Assembly (NCBI GenBank): GCA_021613535.1
Contig: CP075497.1
Coordinates: 9,114,001-9,178,000, forward strand
DNA from: Adineta vaga
Lineage: Eukaryota; Animalia; Rotifera
Length of the DNA: 64,000 nucleotides
Reading direction: 5' to 3'
The notes below the pieces were generated by a model. That model saw nothing but the letters and a program-made list of their open reading frames with translations, searched no databases and was not told where the DNA came from. Below are positions 40,101-55,100 of the stretch, piece by piece (the stretch's first letter is position 1; every line of letters starts with the position of its first letter). Both the position numbers and the translations under genes were made by a program.

Positions 40101-43100
40101 TAAGAATTTGATCAAAAAATAAATATCGAATATTTTTTATTTTGATAAATAGGAACAAGTTCAAAATACAAATTTATATTTTAATGAACATTTCAATTAC
40201 GGTGAAAGTGCACGAACATTACGATCATTTATTACAGATGTAACAACAGAATTGTGTAATTCCGAGAAAAAACCAATATCAATGATCGACGAAACCAAAG
40301 AATTTATTGAAGTAATATTCTTAAAGATTAGTTCTTAGACACGCTTCGTACTCAACATTAGTCATCGTGTGATTTTGATTGAATCTCTAAAAAAAGAAAT
40401 GAAAGACAACCTTCGAAGTGTTACAGATACTTCATTGGATTCTCTTTAACATAAGCATTAACCTTGAAATTTTTGTTTCTCTGAGAAATCCTTCAACGTT
40501 AGAAGGTTCTATTGTGATCAATGATTACAATTCATCTAATTTTAATAAAAACTTGATAATGATTAACTCACGTTTTTCTTTAGTCGAAAATTTATCAAGT
40601 TCAACGCTTAAAAGTTCGTTATGATGAATTACAATCTACACTTGTTCACATACAACAATGTACTGCATCTGACGGTCAGCAGAAACTTCTGGATGAAAAT
40701 CAATTTCTTTCCGATGCATTACATGCCTTAGAAAATCAGTTATCTACTATTCAATCGTCATGTAATGAAAAGCAACATGTTTGGATTGAATTTAAACTTC
40801 GATTTGACACGTCTTATGCATCATTCAATCATTCAATGGAACTTTATGAACAAGATAATCTTGAATTAGATCAATTAAAAGTATTCAAAGATTTGTTATT
40901 TTGATCGTTTTGAAAAATTTTATTTTGTAATTTAGGATATTCAAAATGAATTACTTCTTCTTCAAGATCATATCGATTATCTTCTACGTATAAAATCAAC
41001 TCGTTTTGGAAGTTCAACATCAACTGATAATTTATTCTTTTTGGATACAAATATTGAACATGATTTATCTCAATTGCAAATCAATTATCGTCAGAAATTC
41101 GATGAAATTACTCAACGAATCGAACAAATCAATGAAAATAATATGAAATCAGAACGATTGAAATTAATTCTAAAATCTATTGAAGATAATCTCGATATTC
41201 ATGAAAAGAATCTTCATCTGATTTCTTATCAACGTCAATTAGATGATCAATCTGTTTTCGAAAATCTTTCTCAACTATTTCAACAAATTGAACAAATTCA
41301 AGATGAACTCAAAGAATCGTCGAAAAAAATCGTACAATGTTCTCGAGATCATTCTATTGAAGAATTAAATTCCAAATTTCAAATATTACAATCGATTTCT
41401 AACGAAGAATACAATCATATCAATCGTTTAATCATTGAATATAAAACATTCAATCAACTTTCAACGAATTACACAGAATTAAAAGAACAAATCGATGAAT
41501 GTATTATTAATATTTCTCAATATGCTGATAATCGTTCACGATTGGTTTCTCCTGAACTTGAACATCGTTCACCCACTGATCAATTGATTCAATTGAATAT
41601 CTATCGAAGTCAAATTCAAGAACAATGTGATATTGTTGAACAACAACAAACATCAACATCGAAATTTATTGAAGAATCTATGGAACAATTACATAATGAT
41701 ATTATTACATTGAAAGAAGAGATTGATTCAATTCTTGAGAAAGAAACTGAAACCACATCAATTCAACTAAAAGTTGATCGATTAATTGAAACACTACAAA
41801 ATGAATTCAATCGTCAGCCCACATTTTCTTCTGTATTAACTGCCGAGACATTGGGAACTTTTGAAAATTTATCGAAAACTCATTTTCAAACTCTTCAACA
41901 TTTAGAAAGTGAACTTGAAACAACAATTGAACAATTTCCAGATAATGGAATTCTCCTTCAATATACTCAACAATTAAATCAATTTCATCAACAAATTCAA
42001 ACGATTACATCATCTAGTCAACAACAAATCGAGTATTTTCGTCAAGGTTTTTCCGAAGATATTATTTTACAAGGAAAACTTCATCAAATTATTGAAGATT
42101 TGGATAATTGTGAAAATCAATTAACAAATACAATCATGATGAAAGAAGATCAATTAGAAGCGAAATTACATGTAAGAGTTTGTTTGTAGTTTATTCTAAT
42201 TTCAAATCATAATTTTCTTTTAGGAAGCACAAACTATGTTGGAAAATATTGAATCGATATTTGATGATTTGAGTAATCAATGTCGAAAAGTTGAACAACA
42301 ATATTTTCTTCCATCACATCAAACTCAAATTAAAGATATTCAATTTCGTATGCAACGTGTTTTTCGACTTATTCAAGTGAAAATTTTATTCTCTATGTGC
42401 TTTTTTTCTCTAAAAATAATGTTTATTTTGATGGGTTTTTAGGAAACATCAGATTATCTAAATCGAGTTCAAATTAAAAAAGAAGAACGTAATGTTCTTC
42501 TTACTCAATTATCAAATTGGATTGAAATAAAACAAAATTCATTTTCAAATCTATTTCAATCAATGGATAAAAATGATTCTCTCGTTCTTGAAACAAAACT
42601 TACACAAATACAAGTAAATCTTTTTCCTTGAAAATTCAATGCAATGATGATCTTTTTTACATTTTAGAATGAATATGAAACAATGTGTGATGGTTATACT
42701 CTTTTGAAATCAATTGAAATAATCCAAAATGATTTACAAACAATCAGTACTGATGAAGAAAATGAAATGCTATCAAAACTTCGTGAAGGTTATTATGAAC
42801 AGCTAAGAACATGTGATTCAACTTATATTGAAACTATCAGTACTTTACGACGAATTCAAATGAATGTAAATAAATTTGATGATAATTGTCAAGAAATTGA
42901 ATATACAATTCGACAACAACGTCTTCTATTTGAACAATTAGTTGATAATAATTCAAATCTTTTACCAGATCATTTGAATCAACAAATACAAGTTTTAAAA
43001 ACATTACAAAGAGATATACAGACAAAAACAGATTCAATGATTGAAACATTGAAAGAGATGAAAAAAGAAACACAAATTAATGATATGAAAATCGAACAAT

Positions 43101-46100
43101 TAATAAATGATAGTGAACAATTAAAATCAGATGTTGCCGTGAGTTATCTTCGAAAGAATCCGACTTCAAGAATAATTCCTTTATTTTTCAGAAAGAAATC
43201 AATCAACGAGAATCTTTACATTCATTCTATACACAATTTATCGATGAAATGACACGAACACGAACGAATGCTCTTGCTCTCTCTCAACTACCTGATGTTT
43301 CGATCTCTGATGAAGATTATTCAGTAAATTTTTCGTTTAATTTCATCTGTTATTTTTTTACATTTATCGTTTTTCTATAGCAAATTAAACAATCGACAGA
43401 ATCAATCTTGAAATCATTTGACACAACATTATCGTTAGGTGATCATTTACTTCAAGATTATTCACAATATACACAAATCTGTCATTCAATTCGAACAACA
43501 CTTGAATTAAATGAAGAAAATCGTCAAACATTTGAAACTACAATGATTAAAATCGATGTAATTTTATCAATTCTTTCCTTAAACTTTATATTCTCTTTCT
43601 TTTTCTCAGACAATCTATTCGACTGCTGTAGAAATGCGACAAGAACAAGAAGAAACAATTGAAAATCTTCAACGACAAATAATCAATTTAGAAAACGTTG
43701 TCAGTCAAACAGCAGAAATAGATGATTTACAAACACTCGATCAAACCTATGAAGTAAATCAAAAGAAAAAATTTGATAATTTCCAACATTTTCTCTTTCA
43801 GGAATTAAATACTCATCTTGAAACTATTCGTCATCAACTTAATTCTATGGGATCACAATTCGATACTCGACATTTAACTACGTTAGAAAACATTCAAGGA
43901 CATTTACAAACAGTTTTCGATCAAGTAACCATCTCTCATTATCTTTTCAAATCTCTTAATGATTACCTTTTTATTCATAGAATCAACATCATCGAGATAT
44001 GATTCGTCCAGTTCTTCTTGAAAAACAAACTCAAAATGAACTACTTGAATCTTCCCTAACTTGGTTACTTAGTCAAATGAAACATTTAACATCGATTTCT
44101 ATCGAACCAATATCAATTCAATACGATCAAACATTAAATCGATTAAAAGATATGTCCAATGAAATTCAATCAAAATTATCTGAAATTCAACAAGTCAATT
44201 TGACAAGACAGAATGATTCTCAATTTGAACAAAATTATTTTCAATTAATAACACATTTTGAAAGTACTCAAGAAAATATTGCTCGTTTAATTAATGATCG
44301 TGAACAAATACAATTATCAACACAAACACTTGATGAAACGGTTTCGATTATTAATCAAAATGTTAAAGCTCTTCGAACAAATACTGAAAATTATCGATTA
44401 TCAAATGAAAATATCGAAGAATTTCAAGTAAAACATTCATAACGTTTTATTAGGACAATAATCTTATGTTTTAGAATCTAACGGAAACATTAAATCATGA
44501 AGAAATACAATTAAACTTATGTTTGGATGCTTTAAATGAACTTCAACCAAATTTAAATGATATCGATCAAAATGAATATACAAATCATATTCGGTAAATC
44601 AACTTTTCTTTTCTATGAGTTACTATTCTTGTTGTTGTTGTTTTTCAATTTAGTTCGGTAGAACATCAAATAGCTGATGTAAGACAACGTTTAAATGATA
44701 TTAAACAAATTTCAATGGAAAATCAAACAAAATATCAACATTTTGAAGAAAATCTTCAAGGATTTGGACTCAATATAGATACATTTAAACAAACATTAGA
44801 AACACGTTTGATGGATATAACAATCGATAATATACGAACTCTTGATGTAAGTTTCTTTCTTATTGTAAATATTTCAAACAAAGGATAAAATTGAATCGTA
44901 ATGATATTGAAATTGCTGATTCATTCAATGCCCGTAATTTTATGATGATGATGATCATATGATGAAAATCAAAACGCACAAAAATCTTATTGGCGTTTGT
45001 TTTTCATTCAATTTATCTATCAAAAATATCTAATAATCTGTGTGTTTGTTTAAAAGCTTCTTATATGCTAGCTTTCATCTTTCTTCGGGAATCCTTTGTT
45101 TCTTATTTTAGACGGTAATATAGTAAGTATGGTTTTTCTTCTCTCAACTAATCGTATGTAGAAATACTTAAACTTGCTTTTGATTATCATCACGCTTGTC
45201 TATTGCACATATACACACACACACACATATTATATATGGGCATAGAACATGAATAGGCGATAATAGTTCTATTTAAAAACAAACTATGAAAAAGATTTGT
45301 TTATTTTTGATTCTGTCAAAATTTGACACTTCCCATTTAGAATTTGAATCGAGAGATTCAAAATGAAGAAACAAATTTAATTGCTTTACGTGGAAAATAC
45401 AAAGTATTGGCACCAGATTTGAGTAGTCAACAACGTGAAGATGCAGAGAATATTATCAACAAAATTGAAGTAAAAATACATACGTTTTTCTAAAATGAAA
45501 AGTTCATTGATTGATATTTCTTTTTGTCTTCTTAGAATGAACTTGAACAATTACAACATCAACTTGAAACACGTAAAGAACGTTTAGATACATTGAAACA
45601 TCAACGACAAGAATTAGATCAAGCATGTCAACGTTTAAATTTTTGGTATGACGATAAACAACGTTTAGTAACATCAGATCAAATGATTCCATTAAAAACA
45701 TCTGAAGTTGAGCGAATACAAAAGAAATTTAATGTAATAAAAACCAAGATCATTTTCTTGTATTCAATCAAAACTTCTTTCCATCATTTAGGATGCATTA
45801 AATGAATTGAAATTTCAACGAATTACATTAGAAAATATTGTTAAATTAAGTGAAGAAGTTAAACAAGGTTATTTACATGATGGTCAAACTACTGTTGATC
45901 TTCAAATGGATGGTATGTTTTAATAAAGACTTTGATTTGAATAATAAAAATCACTTTTGAACATAGAATTACATCGTAAATTGAATACTTTGGAAGAATC
46001 TATTCATCAACGTATTCGACAATTGAATGGTGCTAATGAACAAAGACGAGACTTTGACAGAATGATGAATCAATTTAATGAATGGATTAAAAATACAGAA

Positions 46101-49100
46101 CAACAAGTTAAAGATCATCTTACAAATGATCTTCAACAAACAACGATAGTTCTCAAAGATAAACATAGAAATATACAAGTAAGAAAGATGTTTTCTTAAA
46201 CATTATCATAATCTTTAGACTTTGATATCGAAAATACGGAATTATCATATTTTCTTCATGATTTTAGTCGTTATTACAATCTGCAAAAGATCATACAAAT
46301 GAATTCGATGATTTATCACGTGTTTATAACATTGTTTCTTCGACATTGAATGAAACGGATCGAATCACATTAGATGAAAAGTTTACTATCTTAAAAGATA
46401 AATACAATCGTTTATTTGATAATCTAACTGAACGTGTCAATCTACTTGATGAAGCTAATCGTATGTATTCAACTTTTCAATTCTCTACTCTGATCTTTGA
46501 CTTTCATTAGATGAACGAACTGAATTTGATACTCGAATTGAACAAATTCAAAATCTTTACGGACAATTACAAAATGATTTTACACAACTAAAACAACAAT
46601 CCTTGTCAATAGAAAACAATCATCGCACTGATTTCATATCGAATGATCGACGTTTAGAACAATATAAACATTTATTAAAACGTCTTGATGATATGAACAA
46701 TCGTCTAAAGGAATTAACTCGTACACAGCGTTTATTAACTAGTAAAGGACATCGAATTGATTCTCGAGCAAGTGGTGAATTAAATACAAATCTACGAAAT
46801 CTTGAAGAACAAATTCATAATGAAATTGAACGTGCAGAAAAAGCTTTACAAACAGAAAATGATTTTCATCATGTAGAAAGTGAACTTGAAACGTATTTAC
46901 AAATATCTTCTGAACAACTCAAATCAAATCAACAACAACCAGATAAACATATCTCCTATCAGGTTTCATTTTCTCTCTTTCTCAATTGTTTTCATTTCGG
47001 ATAATTTTAGAATGTATTTGATCGTTTACAACAAGGAGAACATGAATTGAAAAAACTAAATCAATTAGCTGAACGTCTTAAAAATCAATTACCATATTTT
47101 CAATATGAACAATTTCAACATACCATTCACCAACATAAAGAACATCTTCAATTACTTCAGAAAACATGTCAACAAGCTCGTGATGAACATGAACACATGG
47201 TGAAAATACAAACGAAATTTAATGAAGAATTAATTGCTATTAATGATTGGTTCAAACGATTGATTCAGGAATTATCTCAACCAATCGATCTTAATTTATC
47301 AATAAATAATGTTAATGAAATGCAAACTTCCATATCAGTAAGTTTAAAATTAAGAGAATTGATTAAAGAAAAAACGATTGTTTATTTCAGCAACTTGATA
47401 CTTCAATTGAACAACGTTTAGAAAGACTTACTCATTCATTGCAAGATGGAGTTAATCTAATGAATTCGTCAGATAAAGAAATTCGTGGAAGGTTAAATAC
47501 TCTCGAAGAATTAAAACATCAAGTTAAAGTAAATAAGCACATATTTCTATTTCATCAATCATTCATTTCTAAATAGAATCATCTGAATAAACGTCGCGAT
47601 ATTCTAAACGAAACTCAACAACATATGTCTCAATATATTAAATTAACAACAGATGTTAAAACTGTTATTTGGTAAAAATTTCTTTTAGAACAAAAGTGTT
47701 TTTTTTCTAATTCTTCTATCTTTAGTGATGCGGATTTTAAATTAGCACCCTTCTTTGATGGATATGATCGTAATCGATTAGATGAACATGAACGAGAATT
47801 AAATGTATGTTTTTTTTTAAAGTTTTATTATTATCTCATAAATTTGTATATTTAGACACTTGAACAATTATGTAATGAACAAATGAATCGATTAGTTGAA
47901 GCTCACAAATTATTAGATATATTCCGATCACATTTACGAAATAATGCAAAAGATTTATGTGATAGTCAGTTGAGAAATTTTCATCAAACTGTTGAAGATC
48001 TAGGTAAGATAAAGATTACATGCAAGGATTGAAAAAAGATTTGATTCCTTTAGAAATCCGTATTCGTCAACGTCGTAAAGATCTAGAAGATATTCGTCAG
48101 AAATCAAATCGATTCAATTCAAGTATTGTTCATTTACAATCCAATGCTGATCTACTTTTACATATGATTGAAAAAGCACCAGATGTAAAACAAAACGAAC
48201 TTTATTGTTTCAATATTTTAAATGACTTTGTTTGGTTTTCTTTCAGAATGCAGGAACACTTGTTTCGGAAATTGATTCAACATTTTCAGCATTACAATAT
48301 CTTGGAAGAGATTTGAAAAAATCATTGGACGTTTCAAGTTCAACGGATATCGATCGAGAACTAAAAGATATGGCTAGTTCAGTTGAAAGTGTTCGAGATA
48401 GTCTTGATCGAGCAAAGAAATCTTATGAAGTATGCCAGTAAAATTGCACTACAAAATATAATCAATGATTTGTTTTTGTAGGAAAATGAAGCGATTCGTG
48501 AACGTATCGAAAAGATCTTGAATAATATAAAAACATTTATTAATAGAAAACGACAAGAATTAAATCAAGATGTTGATACTACATATGTTAGTATTGATCT
48601 AACGAGACGATCGTTAGAAATCAAGGTAATATCTATCTATAAATTTGATTGATTACCTGATTTATTTTCTTCATTTTTTTGTAGAATTTTATTAGAGATA
48701 TTGATATGGAAACAACTCATGTTTCTGAAGTAATTGAATTGATAACAACTTTAGTTGAAAGAAAATGTGATCAACAAATCATTCGTGTATTAGAAAAGAA
48801 ACATCAAGATACTTTACACGATCTTCAAAGGTAATTTAATAAAGACAAAACTTCGTTTTAGTCTATACTTTACTTGATTCTGTTGTACATTCAGTTTGAA
48901 AAATGAAACAACAAAAACAATTCAAAATCTTGACGTACAAATACAAGAAGAAGATAAACTTCGTCAACATGCACGTTCAATGTTATCAATTATTCAACGT
49001 ACGAAAGTTCAACTTATTGAATTGCGTCCAACAGTAAATAATGAAGCAAATCAAAAATTTCAAGTATATTTAATCTATTCTCTTATTTTTATCATTGAAT

Positions 49101-52100
49101 ATTTTTTATTAGGATATTTCGGATGATTTAACAACGAATTTTCAAATATTTGAACAAACATTAGATGATTATAGACATAATTATGGCAATATTTCTGATG
49201 ATTTAGATAAAATGATTACACGTGTATTTGAAGATATGACTGAAACAAGATCTCGTCTTGATGAAAAACAATCTGAATTCGAAGCTTATACTATAATTCG
49301 TAATGAATACGATAGTTTAACTGAAGATATTGTTAATATTATTCAAACAATTGAAACAAAAGTTAAACAAATACATCAAAATGATTTTCGACAAAATTTA
49401 AATTTACTAAAAGTAGAATTGAAATCTAAAACGAATGAATTATTCATGTGAAATTTTCTTTATTTATAGGATTTAACAAATCAAATGCAAATACATCGTT
49501 CATTGATTGATCGTTTACAATTACTTTCCTCGAATTTATCTTCACAAGTGACGGAAACGAATGAACGTGAACGTGTTCGACAACGTTTAAATGAAATTAC
49601 TCATCGATGGACAGAACTTGAACAAGATATTATCAATGAAGAAGAAACAATGGAAGAAATTAAAAATCTTTCAGAATTATTTCAAAATAATCATACAACT
49701 TGTGAAAGATGGTTAAAACAAACACAAGACTTAATTCAAGAATTGATTCATGCTCGAAATGTAGAAATACTTGATCAATTAATTCCCAAAGGAAAAAATG
49801 CGCTATTTGAATATCAGACATCTTTGGAACAAGTACAAAGATTAAGAAATCGATTGAATCGAGTAGTTCAAACAAATAAATCACCCGAAGCTACACAAAA
49901 GGTAATATTTGCTGATCATAAAATGATGATCACTCAATATTCTATTTTAGTTGAAATGAAGTCGATCGACTCTTAACTGATCTAACTCGAACTCGTGAAA
50001 ATCTTGAACAACGTCTTGATATCAGTCAAAAGATTTATCTACAATCAAATGAATTTAATAAACAATTTCTCTTCTATGGACAATGGTTTGAGAATATTCA
50101 ACGAACTTATCAAACACTATCTGAACAAACTCTAACAATCGACGAGAAATTACAACGTTATCATGATATTCAACTTGAATTAGATAAGCGAAAACAAATT
50201 CTAAGTACTCTAACACATGATTATCCACAAATTGTTCAACAAATTACTCCGCTTATTCAACAATTAATTGCAGATATTGAACGATTAAGAACAAATATAA
50301 CTCGAAAACAAGAAGTAAGTTTGTTTTCTTTGAGAAAATAAATACATTCTTTCTATTTATTCAAAGGAATATGTAAATCAAAATCAACAACAAAAAGAAT
50401 ATCGTGTTCGAATTGAATCTTTATTTGAATGGCTTAAAGATATACATCGATATGAACCATTAAGTGATAAACGTGACATAGATTCTCTTCAACGAGAACA
50501 TAAACGTTTAATGGATAATCGTCAACAGATCGATGTCAAATTACACGATACTGATACATTATTACGAAGCATCAATAAGTAAAAACTATACATTCTCATT
50601 CTCGTATTTGAATGTTTCTTTTTCTCTTCTAGTTCGAATTTACCAAGTGATTCATTACAAAGATTACGACAAGAAATTGAACATATTAAAGAACGCTTTA
50701 ATGAATCAATAACAGAACTTGAAACAAGATCATCATTTATAAAGAAAACAGTTAAAGTAAGATTATAGGATAGGAATCGCAACGCATGTATATCACGTAC
50801 ATATCTAGGATGTAGAGGAACAAGAACGTAAACATCGTAGTTATCAAGAATCATTGAATGATCTTAGTTCACTTGTACAGCATGATCATCAAGCACCTGG
50901 ACGAGTGAGTTTAGAAAAACGTTTTCTGAATTGAATAATCAAGAGAATGTTTTTCGATGAATTTAGTCAATTGAAGATGCATTGAAATCACTAGATGAAC
51001 AAATGTTAAAATTTGAAAATGAAAATGAAGAACGAGAACGACGTAAACGTCAACGTGAACGTGAATGGCATTTGTTTATGGATGAAATTAATTTATTGCA
51101 AGAGAAATTAAATACATTTAAACAACGTAAAACGAATGGAAAAGATTCAATTGAAGAACAACTTCATTTTATAAGAGTAAACATTCATGTTTTTTTTACA
51201 TAAAATCTTCATATGATTTTGTTTTCCATTAGAATCAAGTTCGAGAATTAGATCAATATCAAGAAGATTTAACTCAATTAAAACAGTATGGACAGAGTAT
51301 GTGTCTTGAAGATGGAAATTCTCTTCCAATACCATCAGAAATTCATCTTCTACAATCAATGATAACTTTTTTGAAAGATCAAGTTTGAAAATTTTAATCT
51401 GAGTTTTTTCAATTATTGAAACTTGTGTTTTCGTACTAGTTTGAACAGCGTCGTCAATCTTTACTACATGCTGAACATTGTCGAGATATATATCTTAACG
51501 AATGTAAATTATATGAAGAGACATATAATTCAACAATGGAATGTCTAAATCGTTCTGTTCAAATTGCAACTTCAAGTGAACACTATGCTCGTCAAGTATC
51601 CGAACATAAAACTCAAAATGGACGAATTGATGAAAAACGTCATCATATAAATCAATTATATGATCAATTAGATCAAAGTACACGTATACGTTATGCAAAA
51701 CAACATTATGATCTAGAAAAACGTTCTAATGATTTACAAGATAAAATTATCCAACAAATTATACGTTCAGAATATTTATTACGTATATGGAGAGATTATG
51801 AAATGAGATTGGAAAATATGAAACAACAAATCGATGAGATACAAAAACAATTAATATCAACACAACGTTTATGGCCTTACGAACAAATACAATCTGCTTT
51901 TCTTCTCTATAAAGTTCGAACTCTTTACTTTCAGTTGTATCAAACATATAATCCTTTCTTCTTCTTCTCTATTTAGGGTTTAAAACAACGTGTAATAATG
52001 ATTGAACCAGAATTATTACATTTAAATGATGAGATCGATACTCTTTGCAAAGAATTAAATGTCGTTTCATTACAAAATGATATTATTCATATCAAAGAAA

Positions 52101-55100
52101 ACTTTATTAAAATTTTGAACGATATTTTAGAAAAATTTGATAGGTAAAATTTTATTTTGTACCAATGAGTTTCATTGAAATCTTTTTATTTAGTCATAAA
52201 AGTGCCACAGTTATTGAAAATGATATAAAATGTAATTTAATTCATCTAGACGAAACATTAAATCAATGTTCAATTGATTCTCAAACAAAATTTGATGGAG
52301 ATACCATCGAAATGAAAGTTCAATTAGACAAAATGATGGTAAAAAGCATTCATATTCCTTTCTCTATTCTGATTATTCGATCTTTAGGACGTGGAAAAAC
52401 GTCTTGAGAACATGGCAGATATCTATTCATATACTATTACATTAGTTAAACGATTAAAAACTTATAATCTATATGATTTACAAGCATTGGAAGATACATT
52501 AGAAAATTTACATCAGAAATGGACAACAATTAAAGTAAGTTGAATAATAAAATTTCATCAAAAAAAAGTCAAAATTTGTGTTCATTTTTTTAGACGAATG
52601 TTTTACGAAATGAAAATATTCTTCATGAAAATATTATTAATAGTTTACCATCAAGACAAGCTTGTAAAGAAATTTCAATATTTATGGAAATGATTAAACG
52701 TTTGTTAGATGAAGATCATGGTATACCTGTTAATAATAAAGAAGCAGCACAAAAATTACTCAAACGTTATCGAGTAAATTTTTATTTATCTCAGTGGAAT
52801 TTTTCAAAAATATCGAATTGTTCTATTTAGGATATGCGTGTAGATGTACTTAATCATCAAAAGATTGTTGATTATCTTAATGAATCATTTCAGCAAGAAG
52901 CAAATATCGATTTAACAAGTATTGATTATATGGAAACAATCAAACAAATCAATATTGATTGGATAAGAATAAAATCATTGATTTCATCTCGTATTGATGT
53001 AAGATTTAGAATATTGAACTCTTTTTATCTTATATGGTTTAATTACTCTAATAGACTTTGGAACAATTAAATGATCAATTTCATGAATTTGATCAAACAG
53101 TTCGTACATTATCAGATTGGCTACAAGAACAAACATCTGATCTTGAATTCATGCGTTCAAGAAACATGGAAGCGGGTGCTAAAGATAATCTAAGAAAATG
53201 CAATGTAAAATTTCTTTTAATCTTTTCGAAAATTTCCATAGAAAATCTTTTAAGGAACTGGAATATCAATTAACATCTAAACAACAAATATTAACATCAT
53301 TGAAATCTTATACACATCGAATGTCATCTTCAACAACAACATTTCATATATCTGATCAAGATGGTACAATACAAAATTTACGTCATATGCTCGATCATTT
53401 ATCACCTTCGATTGAACAATTAAAACTCAAATCAAAAACTCTTGTATCGGAATGGCACGATTATAATCGTGTTTTACTTCAAATCGAAAAGATTTTATGT
53501 GAAGCTGAAGCTGAAATTGATCGTGTAGAAACAAGTGCAGTCAATGTGGAAACGTATGAAATGTGTACTAGAAAAGCTCAAGTATGTTCTTTAGAAGAAA
53601 AGAGGAAATTTTTATCGAAATATATTTTGTTTTAGGAACATTTGAAAATCATGGAAATGCATCGACATGAATTGGATCAAATTATTTCACAAAGTCGTCA
53701 GTTATCTGATCAATGTGATGATCAAACATCTTTGAAAATAAACGAAATAACCCAACGTATTCAACAGCAATGGACAATAGTTGAACAACGTTTACAAGAA
53801 ATAATCAAACCATCTCGAGATATTGTCGATAATTGGAGACAATTTAATAGTTCATATGTTAATCTACTTGATCGATTGAGTGAATTAGAAGATAGATGGT
53901 ATACAATTCAACGTGAAAAATTCACATCAGATATACCATCACTTGTAGAAAAAGTCACAGTAAGTTTCTCGGAAATTTTTCAATGTTTTCCGTAAGTTGA
54001 TCGATTATTAGGATTTTCAACAACGTTTACAACAACTTGATGTAGAAATCACGAAATTAAATCAACGTTCTCAAAACTTAGCAACACATTTACCTCCCAT
54101 TCCAGCGAAAAAGATCGATACACAATATTCTGTAATAAAAAATCAATATTCCGAATTATGTTCATTTCAAGATAAACTTATCTTGGATTGTAATGAATTA
54201 AAACAACGTGAAAAAGTTTATCTTGAACATATCAATGAATTAACACAAGTTATAAATCAAACTCAAACAATTCTAAATTCACAAGACATGACCGATGAAA
54301 ATGAAATGAAAAATTTAAAACAACTTCATGAATTGTATAATTTACTTCAATCAAAACGTGATTTAATTGAACGATTGAATTCCAATGAATTTATTCCTTA
54401 TTTCAAACGAGCAAAACATTTCCATGAAGTTATCATCGAATATTCACGTTCAATGGATTCAATTCAAAATCGTATTAAACAATTAGAAAGTAATCAATAT
54501 AATAAACTTAATTTTGATAAACGTTGTCAAAAATGGAATGAATATATTCAAGCTATGGAACAGAATCTCTCTGTTATCGAACAGAATTTACATACAAATT
54601 ATCAAGGTTTAATTGAAATTGATATGAATCTATCGAATAAAATCAATGATTTTAATCAAAGACAACAAGAATTACTTCAATTGATCAATGAAGGAAAAAA
54701 ACTGATTGAACAAAATTTAATTGTTGATCATCATACATTTACTAAACTCGAACAACGTTGGCAAATAATAACCAAAACAGCATTAACTAAACAACAAGAT
54801 GTAAAAAATCTGATTAAATTATGGATATCTTATCAGAATCATTTGGATAATTATTATCGTTTATTAAAAGCTAAATATGAACGTGAACAAGAACATTTAC
54901 AAACACCAACTACTCATTTTATTGAACAGATTAAACAAGGAACATATTCAAGTGAAATTCCAAATGATGAATTAAAAGATTTATTGAACAAAATCTATGA
55001 AATCAATCGAAAACTTCTTAGTCATTCAGATGCTAAAACACAATTTGTTTTAGAAAAAGAATGGAATGATTTACAAAAATCTGCCGATGAAATAGCAATT

